From IMG/VR virus record IMGVR_UViG_3300037312_001875, positions 22,051 through 86,050 of that record: a stretch of DNA of 64,000 nt; one strand, given 5' to 3'. Of this stretch, positions 16,895 to 25,128 are shown in pieces (position 1 is the stretch's first letter; each line of letters begins with the position of its first letter). Source of the DNA: a virus. Taxonomy: Duplodnaviria; Caudoviricetes. A model generated the notes under the pieces. It saw only the letters and a program-made list of their open reading frames with translations. It made no database searches and was not told the origin of the DNA. The position numbers and the translations under genes were made by a program.

Positions 16895-16916
16895 TGAATC
16901 ATGTTCCAAATCTTCA
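16895..16916 (+). other. Ter-like RTP binding site (left)
   Basis: TGAATC-ATGTTCCAAATCTTCA; core has 2 mismatches to the B. subtilis TerI core ATGTACCAAATGTTCA as recalled. Confidence 0.6.
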
Positions 16917-17044
16917 TAGATTCATAGGTTGTTCACGCACTATAACAGAGGAAACCCCTTAACGGCTCACGCTTATTGTTAGTAGGGGAAGTCTTGGATA
17001 ACCATATACATAATGGGTAGGAACCAACATAATTTCAAACATAT

Positions 17045-17066
17045 TGAAAATTTGGAACAATGTTCA
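17045..17066 (-). other. Ter-like RTP binding site (right, inverted, next to the rtp RBS)
   Basis: Minus strand TGAACA-TTGTTCCAAATTTTCA; 18/22 identical to the left site. Confidence 0.6.
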
Positions 17067-17079
17067 TAAGGAGGAAATC

Positions 17080-17439
17080 GTGGGAAAGGATAGCGGTTTT
17101 TTAATGAAACAACGAGCCTTCTTAAAACTGTGCTTAATTGGTGAGACAGAGAAGGGGCGCCTTTACGGATTGAGCTTCTGGAAAAAAATACGTGAAGATT
17201 ATGGGGATGCTTGCGAATATCGTCCTACGCATACGGAGATATATAAAGCGCTGCATGATCTAATTGACGATGGAGTTCTCAAACGGGAAAAAAGAGTCAA
17301 AGAGGGAATGAAGTATCAGGAAGTAGTGTACTATGTTTTTCAAGATTACAGCAAAGCCCAGCTTTACAAAAAACAATTGAAGGTGGAGCTGGAACGGAAT
17401 ATTAAAATTCTAAAGAAAGCGTTGAAGGATAATTATTGA
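17080..17439 (+). CDS. rtp: Replication terminator protein
   Basis: GFLMKQRAFLKL, RLYGL, PTHTEIYKALHDLIDDGVLK, QEVVYY, AQLYKKQLKVELER match B. subtilis RTP; AAGGAGG RBS before GTG 17080. Confidence 0.93.
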   Translation: MGKDSGFLMKQRAFLKLCLIGETEKGRLYGLSFWKKIREDYGDACEYRPTHTEIYKALHDLIDDGVLKREKRVKEGMKYQEVVYYVFQDYSKAQLYKKQLKVELERNIKILKKALKDNY

Positions 17440-17472
17440 AAAAAACAGAGGGCAAACGCCCCCTGTTTTTTT
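17439..17472. terminator. Bidirectional terminator
   Basis: AAAAAAACAGAGGG..CCCCCTGTTTTTTT. Confidence 0.8.
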
Positions 17473-17481
17473 ATTATACTG

Positions 17482-17847
17482 TCATCCATCATCCTTCCTT
17501 TTCTCCGTATCTTTTAAATAATCAGTTAATACAGCTACAGCGGACTTTAAGAAACATAATAAAAAATCTTTCATCAGTGATTTGTATTTAGCTGTAAAAA
17601 CCTTTTTATGATTTCCAGCAAAATAAAGTTTGACTTCGCCACCTGAACGGTCAAACCTCATTTCAGCAAAACGAATGGTTTCCTTATCTTTTTCCCCCGA
17701 ATAATCGATAGCAATGTATCCATCATTTTTAAATTTCTCTTTATACTTTCCGTACCATTCTTGAGCGATTGTTACCGCATCTTCATCAGTGTCCCGTAAT
17801 ATGGTCTTCTCCAATGAACCTTTATAGATTAATGAAATGACATACAA
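17482..17847 (-). CDS. Hypothetical phage protein
   Basis: 121 aa, GGGGGAGG RBS before TTG. Confidence 0.6.
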   Translation of the reverse strand: MYVISLIYKGSLEKTILRDTDEDAVTIAQEWYGKYKEKFKNDGYIAIDYSGEKDKETIRFAEMRFDRSGGEVKLYFAGNHKKVFTAKYKSLMKDFLLCFLKSAVAVLTDYLKDTEKRKDDG

Positions 17848-17903
17848 CTATTGACGCCTCCCCCGTACATAAATAAAAAATCAGTTCCACCTCCTTTTTA
17901 GTT

Positions 17904-17971
17904 TTATAATTATGAAATTAGAAAAGGAGACAATATTACAATTGTCTCCTTTACCATTTTCCTTATAACAC
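17904..17971 (-). repeat. Early-gene leader cassette, copy 3
   Basis: GTGTTATAAGGA..AAAGGAGACAAT-tgtaat-ATTGTCTCCTTT-TCTAATTTCATAATTATAA. Confidence 0.8.
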
Positions 17972-18131
17972 TTTCTTAAAATGCGAGCGTTCGATGAAAA
18001 AATATGAATATTTTTATTAACCCAAGAATACAAACAAGTATTTTGTTCATAAGATTTAGAAAAGGGGGTTATTTATCGCAAGAAAATTGTGAATTCAAAA
18101 AATGGAAAATCTATTTTAAGATAGAAAAAAA

Positions 18132-18274
18132 TCATTACTGACTCATTACTCAGTTATTATTCATTCCCGTAAAAACGTTGTCTATCTCGTTACTAAGGTC
18201 ATTACTGAGCTTTCAGTAATTACTCGAAAGGCCAGTAATGAAAAAAAGGTGACCTTCTAGCTCATCAGTAATGA
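18132..18274. repeat. Array of TCATTACTGA-like 10-mers (direct, then inverted)
   Basis: Direct copies at 18132, 18143, 18187 (variant), 18199; inverted copies at 18213, 18232, 18265. Confidence 0.8.
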
Positions 18275-18350
18275 AGTTAAGAATTACTTTCTTGAAAAAG
18301 GAATCAGTTAGAAGGGTCTAAATAAAAATTGTAAAAAGAGGAAGGTTATT

Positions 18351-18995
18351 ATGTATAGAATTACATCCACGTTTCAAGCAAAAGAATCCATCAGAGATTT
18401 TCATCCTCATTCTGGAATTGACTTTGCGCTACCTTTGAATGAGCCGATACGTTCAATCAGAGATGGTGTTGTTGAAAAAATTACTCATTATAAAGGAAAC
18501 ATTGGTAATGGGGTTTTAGTTCGGTGGGATGACGGGAAGGTTTCTATTTACGGTCACATGAATAAGGTTAACGAAAGCCTTCATGTTGGTGATCAGATTC
18601 ATGCCGGAGAACTGCTCGGATTCGCGGGCTCCAGTGGCCATAGTTCGGGCGTACATCTCCATTTTGGCCTCAAAGAAGGAGGAAGATTTATTGATCCTTC
18701 CCCCTACATTAACGATATACAGAGCATGAACATGAAACAATATGTGCAGCAAGCACCTGTAGTTACCCAATTGAAAATGAACTTTATGGAATATATGCAA
18801 ATGCATATGAACGCAGTTAATGATTCATTATCAAACCTAAATCTTCACTTCATCAATTTCTTATCTCAAGCGAAGCTTCATTTAATTTCTTCTTTACTTG
18901 ACAATTCTTTGTTCTTCCAAGTATTCAAGCAAATTTATCAATTCACGGCGACTCATTCCAGTTCGATCTATGACATAATCACTCACATCATCTAA
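18351..18995 (+). CDS. M23-family peptidoglycan endopeptidase
   Basis: HSGIDF (HxxxD), YGHM and HLH zinc motifs. Confidence 0.85.
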   Translation: MYRITSTFQAKESIRDFHPHSGIDFALPLNEPIRSIRDGVVEKITHYKGNIGNGVLVRWDDGKVSIYGHMNKVNESLHVGDQIHAGELLGFAGSSGHSSGVHLHFGLKEGGRFIDPSPYINDIQSMNMKQYVQQAPVVTQLKMNFMEYMQMHMNAVNDSLSNLNLHFINFLSQAKLHLISSLLDNSLFFQVFKQIYQFTATHSSSIYDIITHII

Positions 18996-19052
18996 ACGGT
19001 CTTCCCAAATGGATGTAGTATCAGTTGTGAACCAGCTGCCAAATTGTATCAT
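18894..19052 (-). CDS. Small protein (52 aa) overlapping the 3' end of the M23 gene in antisense
   Basis: GAAGGAG RBS; MIQFGSWFTTDTTSIWEDRLDDVSDYVIDRTGMSRRELINLLEYLEEQRIVK. Confidence 0.5.
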   Translation of the reverse strand: MIQFGSWFTTDTTSIWEDRLDDVSDYVIDRTGMSRRELINLLEYLEEQRIVK

Positions 19053-19073
19053 GTTATCTCAGCTCCTTCTTAA

Positions 19074-19145
19074 TTAATTGTCGTCGTTGTTGCCAATGAT
19101 TTCTTCGATTTTGCTATCGCGATCTTTATTAAGAGTGAACATCAT
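19074..19145 (-). CDS. 23-aa leader peptide
   Basis: AGGAGG RBS; MMFTLNKDRDSKIEEIIGNNDDN; stop lies just before the RBS of the next ORF. Confidence 0.4.
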   Translation of the reverse strand: MMFTLNKDRDSKIEEIIGNNDDN

Positions 19146-19212
19146 TTTTAATGACCTCCTGCTGTGTTGGTTGGTATGAGTATAGTATGGAACTTTTTAA
19201 GGAGTGTTATAC

Positions 19213-19650
19213 ATGTCTAATTACAAAAAAATCACGATTTTTTTAAATGAAAATATTTACAAAGAAATTAACGACATCATTGAGTATCGAAATAAACGTA
19301 TTCAATACGATAAAGAAGATAAAAAAGTATCAAGCATTGAAGAGTTTGTCACAGGCAGTGCGATCCAGGTGCTCAAATGGTTAAAACATGAAGAATCTTT
19401 TGCTGGCATGGATGATTTAGGAAAACCTTACCGACTTGAAAATTCCTTTAAGAAAATCATGACAAAAAAAGGAATGAGAGGTAAGGATCTATCGGAAATA
19501 ACGAATATCCATCACGGTAATATAAGTTCTATCCTGAATAATAAAAACCAACCTTCACTGGATTATTTTCTCCGTATCTGGATAGCTTTGGGTTGCCCTC
19601 CACTTAATGAGTGCCTTCACCGTATTAAAGATGAAGAGGAACAAGAATAA
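19213..19650 (+). CDS. XRE-family helix-turn-helix regulator (possible N-terminal RHH)
   Basis: C-terminal MRGKDLSEITNIHHGNISSILNNKNQPSLDYFLRIWIALG. Confidence 0.8.
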   Translation: MSNYKKITIFLNENIYKEINDIIEYRNKRIQYDKEDKKVSSIEEFVTGSAIQVLKWLKHEESFAGMDDLGKPYRLENSFKKIMTKKGMRGKDLSEITNIHHGNISSILNNKNQPSLDYFLRIWIALGCPPLNECLHRIKDEEEQE

Positions 19651-19740
19651 TTGTGATTTAAAAAAAAAATTTTGAAAGTACAAATTCATTTCTGGGCACA
19701 GTTGCATATAATACAGTAATTGAAAAGGAGGTTTTAGCAT

Positions 19741-19881
19741 ATGATTACAGCTTTAATTGGTATTCAAACCACATGCGTCATCGTAGCGAGCAGCTACGTT
19801 ATTAAACATTTTAGACCGAAAATGGCTAAGTTAAAAGTGCATTCTAAATCCAAAGGATTCAAACATTACAAGTCATTCTAA
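19741..19881 (+). CDS. Small membrane peptide (46 aa)
   Basis: AAAGGAGG RBS; hydrophobic N-terminus and Lys-rich tail. Confidence 0.55.
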   Translation: MITALIGIQTTCVIVASSYVIKHFRPKMAKLKVHSKSKGFKHYKSF

Positions 19882-19907
19882 AAAATCACAAATTGGAGGT
19901 TGCCATT

Positions 19908-20111
19908 ATGACGTTTGTAATCATGACAGCCATAAAGTTGGGAGCGGTGCTAGGAACTGGAATTGCGCTTTCAGCTGCATTTTCTCAATTCCACAGTTAT
20001 GAATGGAAACCAAAGTCAAAGAATAAGAAAGAAAAGGGTGAATCTGATGGTTCTTCGAAAGCAACAAAAGTTGGTGAGGCTTTGCGTCAAAAATCCGGAT
20101 CCGCTAACTAA
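19908..20111 (+). CDS. Small membrane protein (67 aa)
   Basis: GGAGG RBS before ATG 19908; single TM segment, then a basic tail. Confidence 0.6.
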   Translation: MTFVIMTAIKLGAVLGTGIALSAAFSQFHSYEWKPKSKNKKEKGESDGSSKATKVGEALRQKSGSAN

Positions 20112-20613
20112 TTATTGCTATTCCTCTCCCATCTCTATAGATGACGGAACGGTTGGTATTAATTCAATAAATTTTCATATCCCAACATTACTAGAGGAGG
20201 TGAAAAATCTTCCAAGAAAGAAAATAAAGGAATACAAACGAATCATTCAGACATTTCTAACCACGGCAACCAGCTTCATGGCATTACCATTAAAATCAAT
20301 GGCAAACACATTGCCAAGCACAACGGCGTCCACACTACCAACTCATGCCGAAGGGATTCCTCCAGAATTACTGGATCTTCTCTTAAAACTTTTGGTGATT
20401 TCAGTGGGGTCAGCGGTAATATTTGCGGCCATTCTTTTGGTAGCAGCGGGAGTAAAGAGGATGTTGGGAAATCGGAAAGAATCGAGCGAATGGACTGTCG
20501 ATATTCTGAAAGGACTTGTGCAAGTAATGGTAGCCGTACCAGTCGTATTCATGATTTATTACGTGGTAAGTCTTCTCTTCAAGGGGTCAGGATGGTTCAT
20601 CAGTCCTTTCTGA
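20047..20613 (+). CDS. Membrane protein with TrbC/VirB2 pilin-like two-TM C-terminus
   Basis: AAAGGGTG RBS before ATG 20047; signal-like segment ending KSMA, then two hydrophobic helices separated by a short charged loop. Confidence 0.5.
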   Translation: MVLRKQQKLVRLCVKNPDPLTNYCYSSPISIDDGTVGINSINFHIPTLLEEVKNLPRKKIKEYKRIIQTFLTTATSFMALPLKSMANTLPSTTASTLPTHAEGIPPELLDLLLKLLVISVGSAVIFAAILLVAAGVKRMLGNRKESSEWTVDILKGLVQVMVAVPVVFMIYYVVSLLFKGSGWFISPF

Positions 20614-21749
20614 AGAAAATCGCTATACCGTTTACAGCTATAAGTACTGTCAGTCTAACGTCTTTCTTTAAAACAGCTCAGGCTGCAACCTTATCTGATG
20701 TCATTTTTCAAAAAAACGGCGTACTCACTCATGATTTTAGTGGTCAACACAATGGCGGAGGTTTTTCCATTGTAAACACCACAAAAACTGTTTACAACAA
20801 CATCGAATATATCACAGGAAAGATAATCGCATTTTTTGATTGGATTAATAATATACCTGGCTCCTTACCAAAGTACACCGCAGACCTATTCACCAGTGTT
20901 TATCACTTCTTAGCAAAGATCGCGCTACAAACTCCTCTAATCATCTTTGACAATCCATTTATTAAAAACACTTCTCTAACCTTTTCCCTTCTTTCTATCT
21001 CACTAGTCACTTTCTTATTGATATACGAGTCATTCATGAAGATGTTGGGCAAAAAGCATACAGACTTAAAGAAATTCGCAAAACGTTATGCCATTGCCGT
21101 AACAGCTTCGGGATTTGCTCCTTTTGCTTTCAAAGAAGGATTTTCTCTTCTAAATGAACTATCAAATGCCATAATGAAAATCGGCGGCGGAATAGATGGC
21201 GGCAATATAAATGGTTTAATTTCAGGGGAAACCGTAGGATTCTTTGACACCTTGATTATCATCTTGTTTGATTTAACAACGATTGCTCTTTTAATTCCAG
21301 TATGCCTTCAAGCGGGCAGAAGATGGTGGGATTTATTTTGTTTGGCGGCTGTCACTCCACTGGCTCTTTCTTGCTACGTGTTCGATAGGCACCAGCATTA
21401 TTACAAACTTTGGTGGAACAGAGTAAAGTCTTTATCAATGGTCCAGCTGGTATATTCAGTGTTTATCTTAATGATGGGGATCTTCATCTTTGCAACTCAA
21501 TCCATGCAAGGCGGAATTTATACGCTTTTCATCAAACTACTTATAGTCGCAGGAGGGCTTTACAGATTAGCAAATCCACCACGATTTGTTACAAAAATGA
21601 CAGGAGACAAAAAGGACTTATTGGATTCATTCGAGGAAGGAAGAGACGCGTTTAAGTCTACGAAAAAGATACTTCTTTTTAAAGATAAGAAATTCAATCC
21701 AGTAAAAAAGTTCGCTGGAAATTTAGTGAAATGGAAGAATAAGCCATGA
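20592..21749 (+). CDS. Multi-pass membrane protein (VirB6-like topology)
   Basis: AAGGGG RBS before ATG 20592; signal-like AQAA, then six or more hydrophobic segments. Confidence 0.55.
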   Translation: MVHQSFLKKIAIPFTAISTVSLTSFFKTAQAATLSDVIFQKNGVLTHDFSGQHNGGGFSIVNTTKTVYNNIEYITGKIIAFFDWINNIPGSLPKYTADLFTSVYHFLAKIALQTPLIIFDNPFIKNTSLTFSLLSISLVTFLLIYESFMKMLGKKHTDLKKFAKRYAIAVTASGFAPFAFKEGFSLLNELSNAIMKIGGGIDGGNINGLISGETVGFFDTLIIILFDLTTIALLIPVCLQAGRRWWDLFCLAAVTPLALSCYVFDRHQHYYKLWWNRVKSLSMVQLVYSVFILMMGIFIFATQSMQGGIYTLFIKLLIVAGGLYRLANPPRFVTKMTGDKKDLLDSFEEGRDAFKSTKKILLFKDKKFNPVKKFAGNLVKWKNKP

Positions 21750-21883
21750 TATTACTGAAATTAGGTTTGTTAGCTGTACTTGGTAAAAAGTTCTATGGTG
21801 CTCTTATATACGCTCAATTGATACAGCACACAGTCAATTCGATTAAGAAAAAGATTGATAAAAAATTGGAGGTTTCAGCATGA
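21746..21883 (+). CDS. Small peptide (45 aa), hydrophobic N-terminus and basic C-terminus
   Basis: ATGA overlap with the upstream stop; MILLKLGLLAVLGKKFYGALIYAQ... Confidence 0.5.
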   Translation: MILLKLGLLAVLGKKFYGALIYAQLIQHTVNSIKKKIDKKLEVSA

Positions 21884-21999
21884 TGATAGGAACAGCTACG
21901 TTAATTTTAATTCTAAACACCACTATGATTTTGGCTAATACAACAGTTTTATTGGTTAGTGGCGCTAAGATTTTGAAAGAAGTTAGAAAAGAGGATTAA
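21880..21999 (+). CDS. Small membrane peptide (39 aa)
   Basis: GGAGG RBS; MMIGTATLILILNTTMILANTTVLLVSGAKILKEVRKED. Confidence 0.55.
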   Translation: MMIGTATLILILNTTMILANTTVLLVSGAKILKEVRKED

Positions 22000-22002
22000 C
22001 CT

Positions 22003-24273
22003 ATGTCTCTCACACGGATCCGGAATAAAACTCCTATTGCCAATGAGAGAACCAACGTCTATGAAATCGAAGAGTTTAATCACCACTTGCTACATGATAT
22101 CCTTCAATCCAGATTCATTGCGGAAGGTGTTTACGGTTTTGAAAAGTATTCCATTGATAATTACAAAGAAGAATATATGTTTACCCCTTCCTTTGATAAA
22201 AGAGAAGGAGAATGTATCCAGAAGGAATGGAACTTTCAAAATGAGGATATAAAGGAAATCAGTGTTTATGAGTTAGTCTTAACCAAACCGTTATTTATGC
22301 CATTGGACACAAGCGCATTTCTAGACCTGTTTAACCTAATGGATGTCGTACCGAAAGCTTCAGTCTTTACACAGGTATTGTTTTGCAAACGGCAAAAAGA
22401 CTGGAAGGAAACAGCTATATCCCAATACGAAAGCTTTTTGAAAGGTAATGATCGCCCTTTAGAAGGGAAGTTCAGTATAAAGTGGCAGGAAAAAGTTTTA
22501 GGAATGCTGACAAAACTTAATAATTTCACAATTCAACGGGACCGAATTGAGGAAATGGAGCAAAAAATTCTTCAAACCAATTATCGGTTTGAATGCAGAT
22601 TCCTGGTATTTGAACAGAAATACGAAAAACAATTTATTTCTTTTTTAAAAAATGAACTTGTGAAATTACAACTTTTTAATGAATTTAAAATTACGAAGGC
22701 ACGCAATAAAAGGAATCTTCTTAAGCATATTGAAAGCCGGCAATTTCAATTAGATTTAACGAATCAGATTCTCTCAGAAGGTGAAATGTTTAGTGTATTA
22801 TGCGATAAGACATCAGCTGCTATGGTTGAAACAGTCGAACTAGAAATGCCAGTTAAAAGAACCGGAATATCCATTAGTATCGAAGAAGGCGCGGTTATCC
22901 AACAGGCTTCAAGCTTCATGCCTTTGACTACCAATACGACAGTTGAAATTGATGAATCTAAAATAACAGCTATTAATAATGTCTTTAAACGTGTTGGTAT
23001 TGTAGATAAGGCCCTGGAGGTAACAGATATATATCAGGGGGCGAGTCTTTTAAAAGTGCAGATGGAAGTTCCACCTGAGATCACTTATACATCCATCACA
23101 CGGAAGTTAAAGGATATACAAGGAGCAATGGGAAATAAGAATATTTCGATTGAAATTGGAGGTCCTGACACGATAGATGTATTTATTCCTTTAGAAGAAA
23201 GGCGACCAGTTTACTTCAACGACATATTAGAGTCAGAGGAGTTCAAACAATTTAAAGAAGAAAACCTATTGCCGTTTATATTGGGTGAAAATGTGAATGG
23301 CGGATATATATTCGCCTGCTTAACCAAATTAAGACATCTTTTGGTGTCAGGAACAACAGGAAGCGGAAAAAGTGTATTTCTCAACTTAATTATCCTTTGC
23401 TTTATTCTTAGCCTTCCTCCAGAACAACTCATGATTTATCTTATAGATCCGAAGATGGTGGAATTTACACAGTTTAAAGGCTTTCCACAAGTCAAGAGTG
23501 TGATTACGGATATGCGAAAAGCCAATGGTCTTTTGAATTCACTAGTAGAAGAAATGGAAAAACGATATGAGACCTTTTCTAAAACAGGCTGCAAAGACAT
23601 TCAAACTTATAATCTGAAGAATGAACAAAAAATACCTTATATTTTATTCGTAATCGACGAATTGTCTGATTTAATGATGGTAAATAAATCAGTTGAGGAC
23701 GGTATTGTCCGTCTATGTCAAATGGCAAGGGGAGCAGGCATTCATTTAATCCTTGCTACTCAACGTCCATCGGTTGATGTTGTGACAGGTGTAATTAAGG
23801 CAAATATGCCATCACGCATAGCTTTTGCTGTAACCTCAGTTACAGATTCCAGAACAATCCTTGATAAGAGTGGAGCAGAAAAGTTATTAGGGCGTGGAGA
23901 CGGCATTGCCAAGATTGAGGGAAGTAAGAATGAATTTGAACGATTCCAGTCACCTGTATTAACGCTGAATAAGGAAGAGGAGGAAGAAATCATTGATAAG
24001 CTTATTCATCTGTTTGATGGGGTTGTTGTTGAAGACGAAATTCAAGAAGCTAAAGAGGAAGAACCAATTGATCAATTAAAACGCTGTATCGCAAACACTG
24101 GAGAACTTCGAGTAAACGAATTAGCAAGATTAATGGAGCTAGGGAATAACAAAGTGCACGCACTAATGCAAAAATTATTAGAAGAGGAATGGCTGAAGAA
24201 GCCAGGGAGGAGTTACGAAATTAATGTAGATGAAGAAGAATTAAATAAATGGAAGGATGAAAATTATGAGTAA
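22003..24273 (+). CDS. FtsK/SpoIIIE-family DNA translocase ATPase
   Basis: Walker A GTTGSGKS, IDPKMVEF, Walker B VIDELSDL, GIHLILATQRPS, EKLLGRGD; C-terminal winged-helix; no obvious N-terminal TM anchor. Confidence 0.92.
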   Translation: MSLTRIRNKTPIANERTNVYEIEEFNHHLLHDILQSRFIAEGVYGFEKYSIDNYKEEYMFTPSFDKREGECIQKEWNFQNEDIKEISVYELVLTKPLFMPLDTSAFLDLFNLMDVVPKASVFTQVLFCKRQKDWKETAISQYESFLKGNDRPLEGKFSIKWQEKVLGMLTKLNNFTIQRDRIEEMEQKILQTNYRFECRFLVFEQKYEKQFISFLKNELVKLQLFNEFKITKARNKRNLLKHIESRQFQLDLTNQILSEGEMFSVLCDKTSAAMVETVELEMPVKRTGISISIEEGAVIQQASSFMPLTTNTTVEIDESKITAINNVFKRVGIVDKALEVTDIYQGASLLKVQMEVPPEITYTSITRKLKDIQGAMGNKNISIEIGGPDTIDVFIPLEERRPVYFNDILESEEFKQFKEENLLPFILGENVNGGYIFACLTKLRHLLVSGTTGSGKSVFLNLIILCFILSLPPEQLMIYLIDPKMVEFTQFKGFPQVKSVITDMRKANGLLNSLVEEMEKRYETFSKTGCKDIQTYNLKNEQKIPYILFVIDELSDLMMVNKSVEDGIVRLCQMARGAGIHLILATQRPSVDVVTGVIKANMPSRIAFAVTSVTDSRTILDKSGAEKLLGRGDGIAKIEGSKNEFERFQSPVLTLNKEEEEEIIDKLIHLFDGVVVEDEIQEAKEEEPIDQLKRCIANTGELRVNELARLMELGNNKVHALMQKLLEEEWLKKPGRSYEINVDEEELNKWKDENYE

Positions 24274-24279
24274 TGATGC

Positions 24280-24314
24280 AAAGCCCTAGATTAATACTAG
24301 GGCTTTATTTTTTT
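24280..24314 (+). terminator. Rho-independent terminator
   Basis: AAAGCCCTAG / CTAGGGCTTT plus T run. Confidence 0.8.
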
Positions 24315-24379
24315 AAGAAAAGTTCTGACTTTTCGTGCATAATACATATAGGGCTATTTTACTATCAAGAGGTGAGTGG

Positions 24380-25003
24380 ATGAGTCAAGGTGCGAACGCT
24401 CAAACGGTTTTTGATTATCTAAAAGAAAATTACCCTGATGATTGCATCCAGTGGGCAAAAACGGTTGATTGGAAATTAGATAACGAAGTTTCTCTAAAAG
24501 ATATCCAAATGGCTCGGCGACCAGGTGGAGCTAGAGAAATGGATAAGGTGCGGGGTATTGCTCAAACAGTAAAAGACGGAAAGCCAATGGATCCTGTTGT
24601 TTTGGTAAGACTTCCAGACAGAACGATTAAGATTGCAGATGGTTATCATCGTACATTGGGATTCCAACATGCGGGTAAGAAAACAATAAAGGCGTGGATC
24701 GCTACCGTGCCTGATATGAAAGGAGCCTGGGATAAAGAGATGCATGAGAAAAAACTAAACATCGGAAAGAAAGCCTATCAAGAATTTTTGGAGTTTGTTG
24801 GATTTGAGAAAGAAGCTATGGCGCAGATCCCGGAAGCATTGGGCGGCAATATTTTTAATCGCCTTGCTCAAATGGATGACGTAGCAAGCCTTGCTATTAT
24901 CTCACGTAAAAAGCAGCAACAAGCACAACAGGCGGACAATCATGAAAAGGAAGCATCTGAATTAATGGAAAGATTAGAGAAAACCACATTAACATCTTTG
25001 TAA
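24380..25003 (+). CDS. ParB/Srx N-terminal-domain protein
   Basis: MDPVVLV..IADGYHRTLG ParB-N signature; AAGAGGTG RBS before ATG 24380; C-terminal KKA/FEKEA/HEKEA motifs. Confidence 0.7.
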   Translation: MSQGANAQTVFDYLKENYPDDCIQWAKTVDWKLDNEVSLKDIQMARRPGGAREMDKVRGIAQTVKDGKPMDPVVLVRLPDRTIKIADGYHRTLGFQHAGKKTIKAWIATVPDMKGAWDKEMHEKKLNIGKKAYQEFLEFVGFEKEAMAQIPEALGGNIFNRLAQMDDVASLAIISRKKQQQAQQADNHEKEASELMERLEKTTLTSL

Positions 25004-25032
25004 AGTGAGAGTGAATAACTCTCGCTTTTTTT
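25003..25032 (+). terminator. Rho-independent terminator
   Basis: AAGTGAGAGT / ACTCTCGCTT plus T run. Confidence 0.75.
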
Positions 25033-25128
25033 ATAGATAAATAGGACGTTTGGTTCATATGAAATTATGAAATTTCATGATTAAATAAATAGCATAAATA
25101 CTAATTACATCTAGAGGGGATATCAATA

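Noticed and set aside
16872-16899. dif-like site (AAATGATACAA-TTATGT-TTATGTTGAAT); also TTATGTTAACT at 15591
   Set aside because: Only the right arm resembles the XerD/RipX arm; left arm and spacer match poorly, and both hits are better explained by the Ter site and the leader hairpin loop.
18132-18274. CRISPR mini-array
   Set aside because: Repeats are only 10 bp, irregularly spaced and of mixed orientation; no cas genes.
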